The position numbers and the translations under genes are program-made. A stretch of DNA of 64,000 nt, taken from an uncultured Pseudomonadales bacterium (lineage in GTDB: Bacteria > Pseudomonadota > Gammaproteobacteria > Pseudomonadales > Pseudohongiellaceae). Positions 37,292 through 48,795 of this stretch are shown here, piece by piece (the first letter of the stretch is position 1; every line of letters begins with the position of its first letter). The notes below the pieces were generated by a model, which was not told the origin of the DNA, did not search any database, and was given only the letters and a program-made list of their open reading frames with translations. The stretch is from NCBI GenBank assembly GCA_947259995.1, contig CAMYOK010000002.1, forward strand, positions 224,881 through 288,880, in the 5' to 3' direction.

Positions 37292-38848
37292 CTAGCTAAC
37301 GTAGAGGTCCTGTTGCAGCACTCTCATGATTTCCACTTCGGCAATGCGCTGCTCTTCCACTTGCTTCACTGTAAACAGAAAGCCGCGTAACTCTAAGCGC
37401 GCGTCGACGTCGGGCAATTGGTCAAATTTGCTCATCAAAAAGCCGGCAATCGTAGAGTAGTCTTCAATATCTTCATCGAAAACACTGGTCTCTAACACGC
37501 GTGAAAGTTCGTGTAAGTCCGCATGCCCGGCCACCAACCAGGTATTGTCGTCGATCGGCTCGATGGCAGGGCTTTCATCCTCATCGGGAAACTCACCTGC
37601 AATGGCTTCGAACACGTCAATAGGAGTGATCAGCCCTTGTATCGTGCCATACTCATCGACCACCAATACGAGCTGCCCTTTAGAGCGGCGCAAGGTCTCG
37701 ATAAGAGGCAAGACGGCAATGGAGTCGGGAACAAAGATCGGCTCGCGCAGTTTGTCACCAAGCGTGATCTGTTCATTGGTCGCCAGATCATTGAGCAAGT
37801 CTTTTGCCCGAGCGATGCCCACGATATCGTCAAGGCCACCACGGCATACGGGGAAGAAACTATGCGGGGTATCGATCAACATCGCACGGATGACACTGAC
37901 ATCGTCATTTAAATTTACCCAAGACATATCCGTGCGTGGCGTCATAAGTGAGCGTACAGAGCGTTCGGCTAAAGTCAGAACACCGGTCACCATATTACGC
38001 TCTGCCACATGGAAGGCGGACAAATCTTCAGGCCCGGCGCTTTCGACTTTAGACTCGGGTTGGTCGTAGGCGCGCCCCCCTAGTAGGCTCAGCACGGCTG
38101 CGGCAGTTCGTTCGCGCAGCGGCAGGTGTTCTTCGTGTTTTTGCCGATTGGCATAAGCGACTTGATTGAAGAACTCGATGGTAATGGAGAAGCCGATCGC
38201 CGCGTACAAATACCCCTTCGGAATGTGAAACCCGAACCCTTCAGCAACAAGGCTTAGACCGATCATCAACAGGAAGCTCAAACAGAGCACTACGACTGTC
38301 GGGTGGGCATCGACAAACTGCGTTAACGGTTTAGAGGCGAGCAGCATCAAGCTCACAGAGATCACAACCGCGGTCATCATCACGTAGAGATTATCCACCA
38401 TGCCGACGGCGGTAATCACGGCATCCAAAGAAAACACCGCATCTAACACGACAATTTGCGAGACCACCAACCAGAAACCGGCGTAGACGCGGTTTTCGAT
38501 TTCGGTGCGCATGCTCCCTTCTAGACGTTCGTGCAATTCGGTCGTGGCTTTAAATAATAGAAACAAACCACCGAACAAGAGAATCAGGTCTCGACCAGAG
38601 AACTCGTGTGCAAAGAGGGAAAAAATAGGAGACGTCAGTGTGACAAGCCACGACACACCACTAAGCAAACCCAAACGCATGACGACAGCAAGCCCGAGCC
38701 CTGTGATACGAGCATGGTCGCGTTGATGTGGGGGCAGTTTATTCGCCAGGATGGCGATAAATACGAGATTATCGATGCCGAGAACGACCTCGAGAATAAT
38801 CAAGGTCAACAACGCCACCCATATAGTAGGGTCTAACAGGAATTCCAT
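37292..38848 (-). CDS. TerC-family membrane protein with a CBS pair and CorC/HlyC C-terminal domain (YoaE-like)
   Basis: 518 aa. The N-terminal TerC repeat is [16 protein letters not shown]...[17 protein letters not shown]. The C-terminal part has CBS and transporter-associated domains. Confidence 0.85.
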   Translation of the reverse strand: MEFLLDPTIWVALLTLIILEVVLGIDNLVFIAILANKLPPHQRDHARITGLGLAVVMRLGLLSGVSWLVTLTSPIFSLFAHEFSGRDLILLFGGLFLLFKATTELHERLEGSMRTEIENRVYAGFWLVVSQIVVLDAVFSLDAVITAVGMVDNLYVMMTAVVISVSLMLLASKPLTQFVDAHPTVVVLCLSFLLMIGLSLVAEGFGFHIPKGYLYAAIGFSITIEFFNQVAYANRQKHEEHLPLRERTAAAVLSLLGGRAYDQPESKVESAGPEDLSAFHVAERNMVTGVLTLAERSVRSLMTPRTDMSWVNLNDDVSVIRAMLIDTPHSFFPVCRGGLDDIVGIARAKDLLNDLATNEQITLGDKLREPIFVPDSIAVLPLIETLRRSKGQLVLVVDEYGTIQGLITPIDVFEAIAGEFPDEDESPAIEPIDDNTWLVAGHADLHELSRVLETSVFDEDIEDYSTIAGFLMSKFDQLPDVDARLELRGFLFTVKQVEEQRIAEVEIMRVLQQDLYVS

Positions 38849-38881
38849 ACTTACTCTATTTCAAGCTCTGGGAGGTGGAGT

Positions 38882-40300
38882 TTAGCGAGTTTTGCTTTCG
38901 AACGGAAACAGCATCTTACGGGCGTCTACGAGCGCATCAAACTGCGCATCCTCTAATAAACCTAGCGCCGCCACTGCTTCACGCAAACTCAAATCGTGTT
39001 CATCGGCATATTTGGCTACTTTTGCCGCTTGATCATAACCGATAACAGGGCTCAGCGCTGTGACAAGCATTAACGAGCGCTCCACATAGCGAGCTAGGTT
39101 CTCTGGCTGCGGCGCTATACCGTGCAAACAGTGCTCGCGGAAGCTATTCATGGCATCGCTGAGAAGCCCGATTGATTCCAATACCGTATGAATTATCAAT
39201 GGCTTATAGACATTCAGTTGAAACTGCCCCTGACTGCCAGCCATAGAGACGGTCGTGTTATTGCCCATCACCCGCAGACACACCATTGTGAGTGCTTCTA
39301 CCTGAGTCGGGTTTACCTTGCCTGGCATGATTGAACTACCCGGTTCATTCGCTGGGATCGTGATCTCAGCCAGACCGCAACGAGGCCCACTATTCATTAG
39401 GCGAATATCACTCGCCATTTTATACAAGGCAGTACTTAGCAAATTCAAGCGCCCATGTAAGTCTACTAAGGCTTCGTGCCCCGCTAGGGCCATAAACTTA
39501 TTGTCGGCGGAAACAAACTCGCAAGTGCTTAGCGCACTGATTTGCGCGGCGACTGTCTGCGCCCAACGCGCATCCGTATTCAAGCCTGTGCCAACGGCGC
39601 TGCCGCCGATGGCGAGCTGGGCCACCCCTGCCTGGGCCTCTTGCAATTGCTTACGCACAAAACTTAGCTGCGCCTGAAAAGCGCCAAACTCCTGACCAAG
39701 AGTCACCGGCGTGGCATCCATCATATGGGTACGACCGCTCTTAACCTGCGCATCAAACTCGGCACTTTTGTGCTCCAGCATGGCAATCAAGGCCGCAAGA
39801 GATGGCATGAGTTGCGCCTTAAGCGCCTGCATTGTGGCCACGTGCATTACGGTCGGGAACACGTCATTCGAGGATTGCGCTTTATTCACATGATCGTTGG
39901 GATGCAACGGGGTATTGCTACCACGCGCGCCCCCAGCAAGTTCATTGCCACGATTGGCAATGACTTCGTTCACGTTCATATTAGTTTGCGTGCCACTGCC
40001 AGTTTGCCAAACAGACAATGGAAACTGCTCGTCGTGCTGACCAGCGCTGATCTCATCACACACCTGGACTATCAATGCCGTTTGCGTTTCGTCTAAAGCG
40101 CCAAGCGCCTTATTCGAGAGTGCAGCGGCCTTTTTTACTAATGCAAAGGCGTTGATAAATGCCGCATTGAATCGATCATCGCCTATCGCAAAATGCTGCA
40201 AGGAGCGTTGGGTCTGTGCGCCCCACAATGCCGCTCTCGGCACTTGGATCTCGCCCATGCTGTCTTTTTCGATACGAAACTGGCCCGACTCACCCATCAC
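38882..40300 (-). CDS. fumC: Class II fumarate hydratase
   Basis: 472 aa. Has EKDSMGEIQVP..LWGAQTQRS, the GSSIMPGKVNPTQ signature, and full-length similarity to FumC. Confidence 0.95.
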   Translation of the reverse strand: MMGESGQFRIEKDSMGEIQVPRAALWGAQTQRSLQHFAIGDDRFNAAFINAFALVKKAAALSNKALGALDETQTALIVQVCDEISAGQHDEQFPLSVWQTGSGTQTNMNVNEVIANRGNELAGGARGSNTPLHPNDHVNKAQSSNDVFPTVMHVATMQALKAQLMPSLAALIAMLEHKSAEFDAQVKSGRTHMMDATPVTLGQEFGAFQAQLSFVRKQLQEAQAGVAQLAIGGSAVGTGLNTDARWAQTVAAQISALSTCEFVSADNKFMALAGHEALVDLHGRLNLLSTALYKMASDIRLMNSGPRCGLAEITIPANEPGSSIMPGKVNPTQVEALTMVCLRVMGNNTTVSMAGSQGQFQLNVYKPLIIHTVLESIGLLSDAMNSFREHCLHGIAPQPENLARYVERSLMLVTALSPVIGYDQAAKVAKYADEHDLSLREAVAALGLLEDAQFDALVDARKMLFPFESKTR

Positions 40301-40309
40301 AACACCTTG

Positions 40310-43000
40310 TTATGCAAGCAGTTTATCCAACACATACGGCATGATACCGCCACGTAGATAATAGGCCAGGTCGTCCTCTGTATCGAGTCGACAAAGCACC
40401 TCGCAGCGCTGCGGCTGCTCACCCTCTCGGGAAAACTCTACATTCAGCATCTGCCCAGCTTGCAAATTTTCTAGGCCAAGAATGTTAATGGACTCAGAGC
40501 CGTTCAAGCCGAGCGTCTTGCGTGAAACGCCCTCTGGAAATTGCAATGGCAAAACGCCCATGCCGGCTAAGTTAGAACGATGGATGCGCTCATAGCTCTC
40601 AGCGATCACTGCCTTAATTCCTAGCAAGCGAGTGCCTTTAGCTGCCCAATCACGGCTTGAGCCTGTGCCATATTCTTTCCCCGCGACAATAACCAGGGGC
40701 ACCTGGCGTTCTTGATATTTCATCGCCGCATCATAGATGCTCATTTGTTCTTTCTCTGGCAAGAGTTTGGTATAGCCACCTTCCACGTCAGTGAGCATTT
40801 CGTTACGAATGCGCACATTAGCAAAGGTCCCACGCATCATCACCTCGTGATTGCCGCGTCGCGCACCGTAGGAGTTAAACGCTTTTGGCTCTATGCCATG
40901 CTGTTTCAAATAACGCCCAGCCGGCGTGCTCTTGCCGATCGCCCCTGCCGGGGAGATATGATCGGTAGTCACCGAATCGCCGAGCAGCGCCAAGACTCTA
41001 GCGCCATGGATATCACCAGCCTTGACGGCCATCTCTTTGCTGAAGAATGGCGGATTGCGGATATAGGTGGACTCATCATTCCAGTTATAGGTTTTTGACT
41101 TATCGACAGGAATCGCATTCCAATCGGGATTGCCATCAAACACCTGGCCGTAGTCGTGCGTAAACATCTCACGACTGACTTGCGCCATGGCCGCGGTGAT
41201 GTCCGCACTGCTTGGCCAGATATCTTTCAGATATACCGCCACACCTTCCTTATCGTGTCCAATCGGTTTCGTACTGATGTCGATATTCATAGTGCCCGCA
41301 AGTGCATAGGCCACAACTAAGGGGGGCGAGGCTAACCAATTGGCGCGGACCCGAGGGTGTATCCTTCCCTCGAAGTTTCTGTTGCCAGACAACACCGAGC
41401 ATACTGTTAAGCCCGCCACCTCTATTGCCTCTTCGATGTTGTCATCTAAGGGGCCAGAATTACCGATACAGGTCGTGCAACCGTAGCCGACTAAATTAAA
41501 ACCGAGGGAGTCCAAGGAGTCTTGCAAACCCGCCGCCTCTAAATAACTAGTCACAACCTTTGAACCCGGTGCTAACGAGGTCTTTACCCAAGGCTTACGC
41601 TGCAAGCCTTTGGCCAGTGCATTTTTTGCCAACAAACCCGCTGCCATCATGACGGCCGGATTGGAGGTATTTGTACAGGAGGTAATCGCTGCAATTACAA
41701 CATCGCCATCGTGCAAAGAGTAATGCTCAGAGCTGACTTCGATGGACCTGCGGATATCGCCTTCGAGTTGATCTTCAATCGCTTTAGGAATAGCGCCTAA
41801 CAAGACGCGATCTTGCGGCCGCTTAGGGCCAGCCAAACATGGCAACACCTCGTCGAGGTTCAGCGTGACTGTGCTGCTATAAGCGATCGCTTCCTTGCCG
41901 GTGCGCCACAAGCCTTGTGCTTTACAATAGGCTTCGACGAGGGCCACTGCGTTCTCATCGCGCCCAGTTAATTCGAGGTAGCGTAGTGTCTCGGCATCAA
42001 TTGCGAAAAAACTACAAGTGGCACCATATTCAGGAGACATATTGGCGATGGTAGCGCGATCCGCTAAAGATAAACTGTTCAATCCATCTCCATAGAACTC
42101 CACGAACTTTCCAACCACCCCATGCGCCCTTAGCTTTTCTGCCACCGTTAACACCAAGTCGGTGGCCGTGACCCCTTCTCGCAGCTCGCCTTCAAAACAA
42201 AAACCAACTACGTCAGGGATACGCATCGCCATGGCTTGGCCCAACATCGCCGCTTCGGCCTCAATGCCGCCAACCCCCCAGCCCAATACCCCCAAGCCAT
42301 TAATCATGGTCGTATGGCTGTCAGTGCCCACAAGTGAGTCTGGATAAGCAATCTGTCGACCGTTTTGCGTCGTAGACCATACTGCCTTTGCAAGAAACTC
42401 AAGATTGACCTGGTGGCAGATGCCGGTCCCTGGTGGCACGACTCGAAAATTAGTAAAGGCGTCCTGCCCCCAACGCAGAAATTCGTAGCGCTCGCGGTTG
42501 CGCTCCATCTCAATGAGCACATTGTCTTTATAGGCACTGCTTTGCGCATAGCGATCTACGGTCACTGAGTGGTCTATGACCAAATCGACAGGGCTTAATG
42601 GGTTAACCACGGCGGGGTCGCCGCCCTGTTCTTCGACGGCAGCTCGCATTGCAGCGAGGTCAACCACCGCGGGGACTCCAGTGAAATCTTGCATAAGAAC
42701 ACGAGCCGGCATGAAACTTATTTCATGGCTAGAGCTCTGAGTGTCACCCCATGCGAGCATTGCCTGAATGTCGGCGCGGGTAACACTGACGCCATCAAGT
42801 CGTCTTAATTGGTTTTCAAGCAAGATTTTCAAAGTAAAAGGGAGACGCTCGACACCATGCAGACCCAGCTCAGCCAGGACTTCAAGGCTATGGTAGTCAT
42901 ATTCCTGGTCTTTGACACGAAGTGTGCGCAAAGTCGCAAGCCCATCACTATTCCCGCTGCTTTGAAGCGTTTGTGGTTCTTGTTCCGGTCTTTTAGTCAT
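40310..43000 (-). CDS. acnA: Aconitate hydratase A
   Basis: 896 aa. Has the Fe-S ligands and motifs (VGTDSHTTMINGLGVLGWGVGGIEAEA, ITSCTNTSNP, GCTTCIGNSGPL), at AcnA/IRP length. Confidence 0.95.
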   Translation of the reverse strand: MTKRPEQEPQTLQSSGNSDGLATLRTLRVKDQEYDYHSLEVLAELGLHGVERLPFTLKILLENQLRRLDGVSVTRADIQAMLAWGDTQSSSHEISFMPARVLMQDFTGVPAVVDLAAMRAAVEEQGGDPAVVNPLSPVDLVIDHSVTVDRYAQSSAYKDNVLIEMERNRERYEFLRWGQDAFTNFRVVPPGTGICHQVNLEFLAKAVWSTTQNGRQIAYPDSLVGTDSHTTMINGLGVLGWGVGGIEAEAAMLGQAMAMRIPDVVGFCFEGELREGVTATDLVLTVAEKLRAHGVVGKFVEFYGDGLNSLSLADRATIANMSPEYGATCSFFAIDAETLRYLELTGRDENAVALVEAYCKAQGLWRTGKEAIAYSSTVTLNLDEVLPCLAGPKRPQDRVLLGAIPKAIEDQLEGDIRRSIEVSSEHYSLHDGDVVIAAITSCTNTSNPAVMMAAGLLAKNALAKGLQRKPWVKTSLAPGSKVVTSYLEAAGLQDSLDSLGFNLVGYGCTTCIGNSGPLDDNIEEAIEVAGLTVCSVLSGNRNFEGRIHPRVRANWLASPPLVVAYALAGTMNIDISTKPIGHDKEGVAVYLKDIWPSSADITAAMAQVSREMFTHDYGQVFDGNPDWNAIPVDKSKTYNWNDESTYIRNPPFFSKEMAVKAGDIHGARVLALLGDSVTTDHISPAGAIGKSTPAGRYLKQHGIEPKAFNSYGARRGNHEVMMRGTFANVRIRNEMLTDVEGGYTKLLPEKEQMSIYDAAMKYQERQVPLVIVAGKEYGTGSSRDWAAKGTRLLGIKAVIAESYERIHRSNLAGMGVLPLQFPEGVSRKTLGLNGSESINILGLENLQAGQMLNVEFSREGEQPQRCEVLCRLDTEDDLAYYLRGGIMPYVLDKLLA

Positions 43001-43113
43001 GATTAGACACCTTGATCAGAAAACTTTAATCGAATCGCATTCAACGAGTGTATACCGTAGCCTTGGCGAGGTGCGATAATCAAGCCGTGCAGCAATTTTT
43101 TCCTAGAAGCATT

Positions 43114-44925
43114 ATGTCAAAACCCATGTCGGTGCAATCAGTGTCAAGAGCCCTAAATCTGAAGGCTCTCCTGCCTCTTGCTTGCATAGCGACCATGCAC
43201 TCCACGTTTGCTCAAGACGCAAGACCGCTCATTCAGATTAGCGGTGCGGATGAGCGCTTGGAAGAGAATATCCGTGCCCTACTATCCGTCAATAGCGAAC
43301 GCTGCACAACTGAATTACGTCGGCTCAACCGGCTACTGCCGCAAGTGGCGCTCAATGTCGAGCGGGCCGGACAAGCCCTTGGCTACTACCGTTTAGACCA
43401 GCACAATCAGTTCACTAAATCGGAACAATGCTGGGAGCTCGATATACAAGTCATTCCTGGGGAGGCGGTGCAATTTGGCGAGATTAATATCGATATTGCT
43501 CCCGACCCCACACGGCCATTAGCGCAAAACGACCCCTTCGCGACCCTCTTAACGAGCTTGCCGGACCTGTCGGGCACCCAGCTCGATCATGGCGAGTATG
43601 AGAGCCTAAAATCGTCCCTCAGTGCGATTGCAGTAGAGAACGGGTATTTTGCGGCACGCTTCACCCGCTCGGAATTACAGGTCGATGTCGATGAGAACCG
43701 TGCAAACATCAATATCGAATTCGACCCCGGCGAGCGTTTTCGCTTTGGGGCTATTCGCATCACCCCCATTGAGGCCTTATCGCAACGCTTCATTACCCGC
43801 TTTCTGCCGTTTGCCGCCGGTGAGCCCTACTCTACGGACATGTTGATTGAGCTTCGTGAGAGCCTGAACAACAGCCAATACTTTGATGAAGTCGCCGTGA
43901 CTCCGCAACTGAATGCTTCAACGGCGGTTAGTGCCTCTGGCGTGCGAGAAGTCCCCATCAATATTGATTTAAGCATGCGCCCTCGACGCAGCTGGTCGAC
44001 CGGTATTGGCGTCACGACGGATATTGGCCCTCGTGTCACGCTCGCCCATGAGGATCGCTATTTGAATCGCTCAGGGCACCGTTTGAATAGTGACATTGCC
44101 TTGTCGCCTTTGGATCAACGCGGCAACCTCACTTACAACATCCCCTTGAGCGAGCCAAGCACAGAAAGCCTCAGCTTTTCAACAGGTTATGTTGGGCAAG
44201 ACAACGATACGTATATGGCCGACACCTTCAAGCTTGGGGTCAGCTATCGCTCCAGCGTTGACCCTTGGCTGCTAGGGGAAGATTGGTTGCAGAACATCTT
44301 CGTCAATTATCAGAAAGAGAAATCTGAGATCAATGATGTCGAAGAACAGAGCGACCTCACCATCACGGGTATCAACTGGACTAAGACAATCGCAGACGAC
44401 CCGATTTATCCCACGCAAGGGTGGCGTCTGTTTACCCAAGTCAGTGGTGCCTCAAGCGCCCTGTTTTCCGATCTGAGCTTTGTGCAGCTCTACGGCAGCG
44501 CCAAATACATTACCAGCGTCGGGACCGGCCGATTGCTTTTGCGCTCTGAGGTCGCCACCTCCATCGTCGGAGGCGTGGAGGAGCTCCCCGTCTCGATACG
44601 TTACTTTACCGGCGGGGACCAGAGTGTGCGGGGCTATAAATATGGCACGCTAGGCGCCAAGAACGATGCAGACGAAGTCATCGGTGGTAAACACTTACTA
44701 ACTGCCAGCATTGAGTATGACTTCCCTGTGCGGCCTAGTTGGCGTGGGGCGGTGTTCTATGATGCCGGCAACTCTTTTGCCGACTATACTCGCCTTTCAC
44801 TGAACAGCGGGGTCGGTTTCGGGATTCGCTGGCAATCCCCCATTGGTCCAATTCGGGCCGATATCGCGCACGCACTAGAGGATGGTGGCTTCCGCCTACA
44901 CATCACCATGGGGCCGGACCTGTGA
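43114..44925 (+). CDS. tamA: Translocation and assembly module outer-membrane subunit TamA (Omp85 family)
   Basis: Has a signal peptide from Met23 of the track ORF, POTRA-like repeats, and an Omp85 barrel ending in the RFHITMGPDL-type terminus. It overlaps tamB by 4 nt (GTGA). Confidence 0.8.
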   Translation: MSKPMSVQSVSRALNLKALLPLACIATMHSTFAQDARPLIQISGADERLEENIRALLSVNSERCTTELRRLNRLLPQVALNVERAGQALGYYRLDQHNQFTKSEQCWELDIQVIPGEAVQFGEINIDIAPDPTRPLAQNDPFATLLTSLPDLSGTQLDHGEYESLKSSLSAIAVENGYFAARFTRSELQVDVDENRANINIEFDPGERFRFGAIRITPIEALSQRFITRFLPFAAGEPYSTDMLIELRESLNNSQYFDEVAVTPQLNASTAVSASGVREVPINIDLSMRPRRSWSTGIGVTTDIGPRVTLAHEDRYLNRSGHRLNSDIALSPLDQRGNLTYNIPLSEPSTESLSFSTGYVGQDNDTYMADTFKLGVSYRSSVDPWLLGEDWLQNIFVNYQKEKSEINDVEEQSDLTITGINWTKTIADDPIYPTQGWRLFTQVSGASSALFSDLSFVQLYGSAKYITSVGTGRLLLRSEVATSIVGGVEELPVSIRYFTGGDQSVRGYKYGTLGAKNDADEVIGGKHLLTASIEYDFPVRPSWRGAVFYDAGNSFADYTRLSLNSGVGFGIRWQSPIGPIRADIAHALEDGGFRLHITMGPDL

Positions 44926-47900
44926 ATGACGTGAATACACCAACTCCAAATAGTGAAGCCCCCGTTCCAGTGGCAACCAAGCTACTGCGACTTTTCTTTG
45001 TCGGCGCGGTTGTGATTTTCATTGCTATCTTGTTAGTGCTGACCCTAGTTAGCACCATGATCAGCACCAATATTGGCTCACAATGGCTTCTCAATCAGGC
45101 CCTTACACGCATTCAAAGTGATACCCTGAGCTTAAAAATTGAAAGCAGTTTAGGGACCTTGCTCTCCGGCTTAGACCTACAAGGTGTCGAACTCAATCAA
45201 GGCGAGACCTCTGTCAGCATCGACACGCTACAAGGGCGCTGGAACCCTATGACACTGCTGCTCAATGGCGAATTTGCACTGGACCTTTTGCAGATCAAAG
45301 GCGTGCGGGCCCACATTCAAAGTGCACCAAGCCAGGATGAGCCAACAAGTTTAGGCAGTGATCCGTTCGCCGCATTCCTCCCATTGCCCATCGATCTGCG
45401 CTTCTCACGCGTGACGATAGAGGATGTGAGCGTGAACCTTGATGATGCCCAGTTTACGGCGCAGTCCTTATCCTTTAACGGGTCGCTAGTTAATAAGCGC
45501 TTACAAATAAACCGTTTACAGCTCGCCCTAGAACCCTTTCAAATCACTGCACAAGCCGAGCTCGACCTGATCGCGACTCTGCCTTTAACCAGCCGCATAA
45601 GCTGGACCTATACCGGTCCGATTGCCCAAGACTTTGAAGATGCTAGTGGCGACCTTCAACTTAACGGCAACCTCAATACGCTGCGGGTGAACCATCAGCT
45701 AAACAGGCCATTAGAACTTAATAGCATCGGTGAATTACACCTACATTTGCTTAGCGATGCAGTTGCGCCAGCCCCTAATTTCGAACTGCGCCACAACATC
45801 GTACCGCAAGTACTGGCTGCCAACTCAGTCAGTGGCAATCAACAGCTGCGCATCGGATCTGCACAGATCACGACAATTGGCGACTTTGCAGAGATCGATT
45901 TTAGTGGCGCCGCAAGAGTGTCTGTTGAAGACGCCCTTGGAAATAATATTGCCCCCGAGTTAGAGCTTGCCTGGGCTACATCTATCAATGAGCAACAGCT
46001 CACAATCACCCAGGCTTCGGTATCGACAAGCACTGGCTTTGCACAAGGCAGTGGCATGCTGCAGTGGGCAGACCCGTTGCAGATTAACTTAGAGTTAGAG
46101 GTCCAAGAGAGTGACGGTAGTGCCTACCAAGCCTTTCTTCCGGAGGGGCTCGTCCTTGGCGCTCTCAACGGCACGGCACAACTTGCGTTGGAGCAACGCA
46201 ACGATCAATTCGAGGGCAGTCTTGCAATCGCCTCATTGACTGGTGAGCTCAATAACTATCCCCTGCTGATCGATGGAGACCTGCGTTACAGTGCCCAAGG
46301 TCTAGCGGTGAACAATCTCAATGCCCGTAGTGGCAGTACACAATTAAGTGTCGATGGCATTTGGGCAGACACTATCGACTTTAGTTGGCAACTTGCGGCG
46401 AGTGAGCTGCGCACCTTGTCACCTTTACTTGCGGGCAGTATCGATGCGAGCGGTAGTGTGCAAGGCACCCCAGAGACGCCGCAAATTGATCTGACTGCGA
46501 ATGCAGAAAACCTGAATATAGCGGGCACACGAGTCGGCACATTCACTGCCCGCGGCGAGTACCTCAATAACAGCAACCGAGTGCAGTTGCGTGCCACCGG
46601 CATCGAATACAACGACAATATTAATCAGCAGATTGACGCACTGGAGATTACTGCCAACGGCTTACCGGCAGAGCACAGTTTAGCATTTACAGTGCGCTCC
46701 CCACTGGCGATCGCTCAATGGTCATTATCCGGCTCTCTGCTCACCGACGAGCCATTGCGCTGGGTCGGCAGTTTGGAGAGCGGCGAGATTGACAGTGAGC
46801 TAGGCATCTGGACACTTTCTCAAGCAGCCACTTTGACGCTTAGCCAAAATGCGGTGTCTCTCCCAGAGCAATGTTGGCAACAAGCTCCTAGCACATTATG
46901 CCTAGAGGGGAACTGGAGCAGCGATGGTACGCTCTCGGGGGCGCTAGCGTTGAATGAATACCCTTTAAGCCTGTTCAATTCGCCCTCCCTGCAAGCCGCT
47001 GACCAACGTCGCCCTGCCCCCCTGTTACCGCCTCTACCCGCAGGCAGTCGCGCCGAAGGCATGCTTAATGCGACTGTCAATGTGGCAGGACAGCTTGCTA
47101 ACGAGATAAGTGCTCTGACGGTAGATTTCACTATAGATGCGGGACAGGGTCAGATCGAAGTCGAACCGGCCCCGCCACCAATTGACGACACAGCGATTGC
47201 CGAACAGGAGATACCAGAAACCCAAACTTTTTACTGGCGTGCTGCCAACCTGACCGGCCGCCTTGAACAGAACGCATGGACTCTAAATAGTGCTCTGGAT
47301 TTTTACCAGCCAAACCTTGCGGACTCCGGCATGTCCGTGCAAGGCAATGCCGACGCCCAGCTCTTGATTAGCCCGAGCAACAACCTCGACGGCCAACTCA
47401 ACCTAGCATTCGATGATCTAAGTTGGATTGAAGCCTTTGTTCCCTCACTACAAAACACTCAGGGCCGGCTCACTGGCTTAAGCATTATATCGGGCACCAT
47501 TGAGTCACCCAGATTCGGCGGCAACCTAGCTTTGGAGGATGCCGCAGTCGATATCCCTGAGCTAGGACTAGAACTGCGCGACATCGAAAGCACTATTACC
47601 AGCGATATCAGTCAAACAATTTTCATGCAAGGACGCGCTAACTCTGGCGAGGGCAACTTACGCTTCGAAAGTGAGATACAAGCGCCATTGAGCGCCGAGA
47701 GAACCTTCAATATCAGCCTTACCGGACAAAATTTTACGCTTCTCAACGATCCGGAAGTATTACTGACCATAACGCCAGAGCTACGCCTTGAAGGCGACGC
47801 CGAAGCTGTCCATATCAGCGGTAATCTCACTCTGCCCATCGTGGATGTGCGTATCAACTCATTGCCAGAGTCTGCAGTCGATGTATCTGCCGATACCGTC

Positions 47901-48677
47901 GTCCTCGCGAGCACAGCTCGGCCGGATGTACACAATGCCGCCAATGGCAATCCGAGCCTCTTGGATGATATACAGATAAGCTCAGAGCTCACAATCACAC
48001 TCGGTGACGAAGCACGCTTCCGTGGGTTTGGCTTAGATACCGAGCTATCAGGTGCGCTTGAGATCACGCAACGAGACACAGGGGCACCGCTCACCTATGG
48101 CGAGCTGACCGTTGAAGAGGGTGTATTTCAAACTTATGGCCGCACCTTGACCATTGAGCATGGCAAGCTCTTGTTCTTCGGTAGTTTAAACAACCCTGCC
48201 CTAGACATACGCGCCGTACGCCAAGCAGAAGATGTGAAAGTTGGTGTGCAAATGAACGGCACCTTGCGCAATATTCGCAGCCAATTATTCTCCTCGCCGA
48301 CACTGCCTGACGGTGACATCATTGCCGTGATGTTAACCGGGCGCCCAATGGCAGAGGTTGGCAGTGCGCAGGATAGTAATGCTCTGATGGGAGCCATCAC
48401 AAGCCTAGGCATCAATCAGGGACAATCGCTTACCAACCAAGTCCGCAATCAACTCGGCCTCGACACCCTCGCAATCACGAGCACAGGGGACACATCGAAC
48501 AGCAGCCTGACTCTGGGTAAATACTTAACCCCTAAGCTGTTTATCCGTTACGGAGTCGGGCTGTTTGAAACAGAATCGACCCTGTCCGTCGACTACAGTA
48601 TAAGTGAGAACATCAAACTCGAAGCCAAGTCGGGCAGCACACAAAGCGTCGATATTAAATACACAATCGAGCGTTAA
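44922..48677 (+). CDS. tamB: Translocation and assembly module inner-membrane subunit TamB (DUF490 C-terminus)
   Basis: 1251 aa. Has an N-terminal TM anchor, a long beta-rich repetitive body, and a C-terminal DUF490-like region (LTLGKYLTPKLFIRYGVGLFE). It is translationally coupled to tamA. Confidence 0.8.
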   Translation: MNDVNTPTPNSEAPVPVATKLLRLFFVGAVVIFIAILLVLTLVSTMISTNIGSQWLLNQALTRIQSDTLSLKIESSLGTLLSGLDLQGVELNQGETSVSIDTLQGRWNPMTLLLNGEFALDLLQIKGVRAHIQSAPSQDEPTSLGSDPFAAFLPLPIDLRFSRVTIEDVSVNLDDAQFTAQSLSFNGSLVNKRLQINRLQLALEPFQITAQAELDLIATLPLTSRISWTYTGPIAQDFEDASGDLQLNGNLNTLRVNHQLNRPLELNSIGELHLHLLSDAVAPAPNFELRHNIVPQVLAANSVSGNQQLRIGSAQITTIGDFAEIDFSGAARVSVEDALGNNIAPELELAWATSINEQQLTITQASVSTSTGFAQGSGMLQWADPLQINLELEVQESDGSAYQAFLPEGLVLGALNGTAQLALEQRNDQFEGSLAIASLTGELNNYPLLIDGDLRYSAQGLAVNNLNARSGSTQLSVDGIWADTIDFSWQLAASELRTLSPLLAGSIDASGSVQGTPETPQIDLTANAENLNIAGTRVGTFTARGEYLNNSNRVQLRATGIEYNDNINQQIDALEITANGLPAEHSLAFTVRSPLAIAQWSLSGSLLTDEPLRWVGSLESGEIDSELGIWTLSQAATLTLSQNAVSLPEQCWQQAPSTLCLEGNWSSDGTLSGALALNEYPLSLFNSPSLQAADQRRPAPLLPPLPAGSRAEGMLNATVNVAGQLANEISALTVDFTIDAGQGQIEVEPAPPPIDDTAIAEQEIPETQTFYWRAANLTGRLEQNAWTLNSALDFYQPNLADSGMSVQGNADAQLLISPSNNLDGQLNLAFDDLSWIEAFVPSLQNTQGRLTGLSIISGTIESPRFGGNLALEDAAVDIPELGLELRDIESTITSDISQTIFMQGRANSGEGNLRFESEIQAPLSAERTFNISLTGQNFTLLNDPEVLLTITPELRLEGDAEAVHISGNLTLPIVDVRINSLPESAVDVSADTVVLASTARPDVHNAANGNPSLLDDIQISSELTITLGDEARFRGFGLDTELSGALEITQRDTGAPLTYGELTVEEGVFQTYGRTLTIEHGKLLFFGSLNNPALDIRAVRQAEDVKVGVQMNGTLRNIRSQLFSSPTLPDGDIIAVMLTGRPMAEVGSAQDSNALMGAITSLGINQGQSLTNQVRNQLGLDTLAITSTGDTSNSSLTLGKYLTPKLFIRYGVGLFETESTLSVDYSISENIKLEAKSGSTQSVDIKYTIER

Positions 48678-48687
48678 AAACTCCTGT

Positions 48688-48724
48688 TTCTCACTCTTGA
48701 AATTTATTTTCAACATCCTTATTT
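48688..48724 (+). promoter_or_regulatory. Putative sigma32 (RpoH) heat-shock promoter: TTCTCACTCTTGAA, 15 nt spacer, CCTTATTT
   Basis: Compared with the E. coli sigma32 consensus TCTCNCCCTTGAA-N13-17-CCCCATNT. The -35 element matches well and the -10 matches in 5 of 8 positions. It lies ~70 nt upstream of the Hsp20-like gene. Confidence 0.4.
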
Positions 48725-48795
48725 TTAGATTGTAAGCACGGCAACTAAGGTGCCGGCATCTCGTTATTCATTGCAATTTTTATTTATGAGGTGAT

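Noticed and set aside
37523-38069. Two overlapping plus-strand ORFs (129 and 174 aa)
   Set aside because: They are antisense to the TerC/CBS gene and are low-complexity shadow frames.
47612-48094. 160 aa minus-strand ORF inside tamB, and similar antisense ORFs inside tamB, acnA, the TonB-dependent receptor and the giant transglutaminase gene
   Set aside because: All lie within long genes that have clear family identity on the opposite strand. None has an RBS or a recognisable domain.
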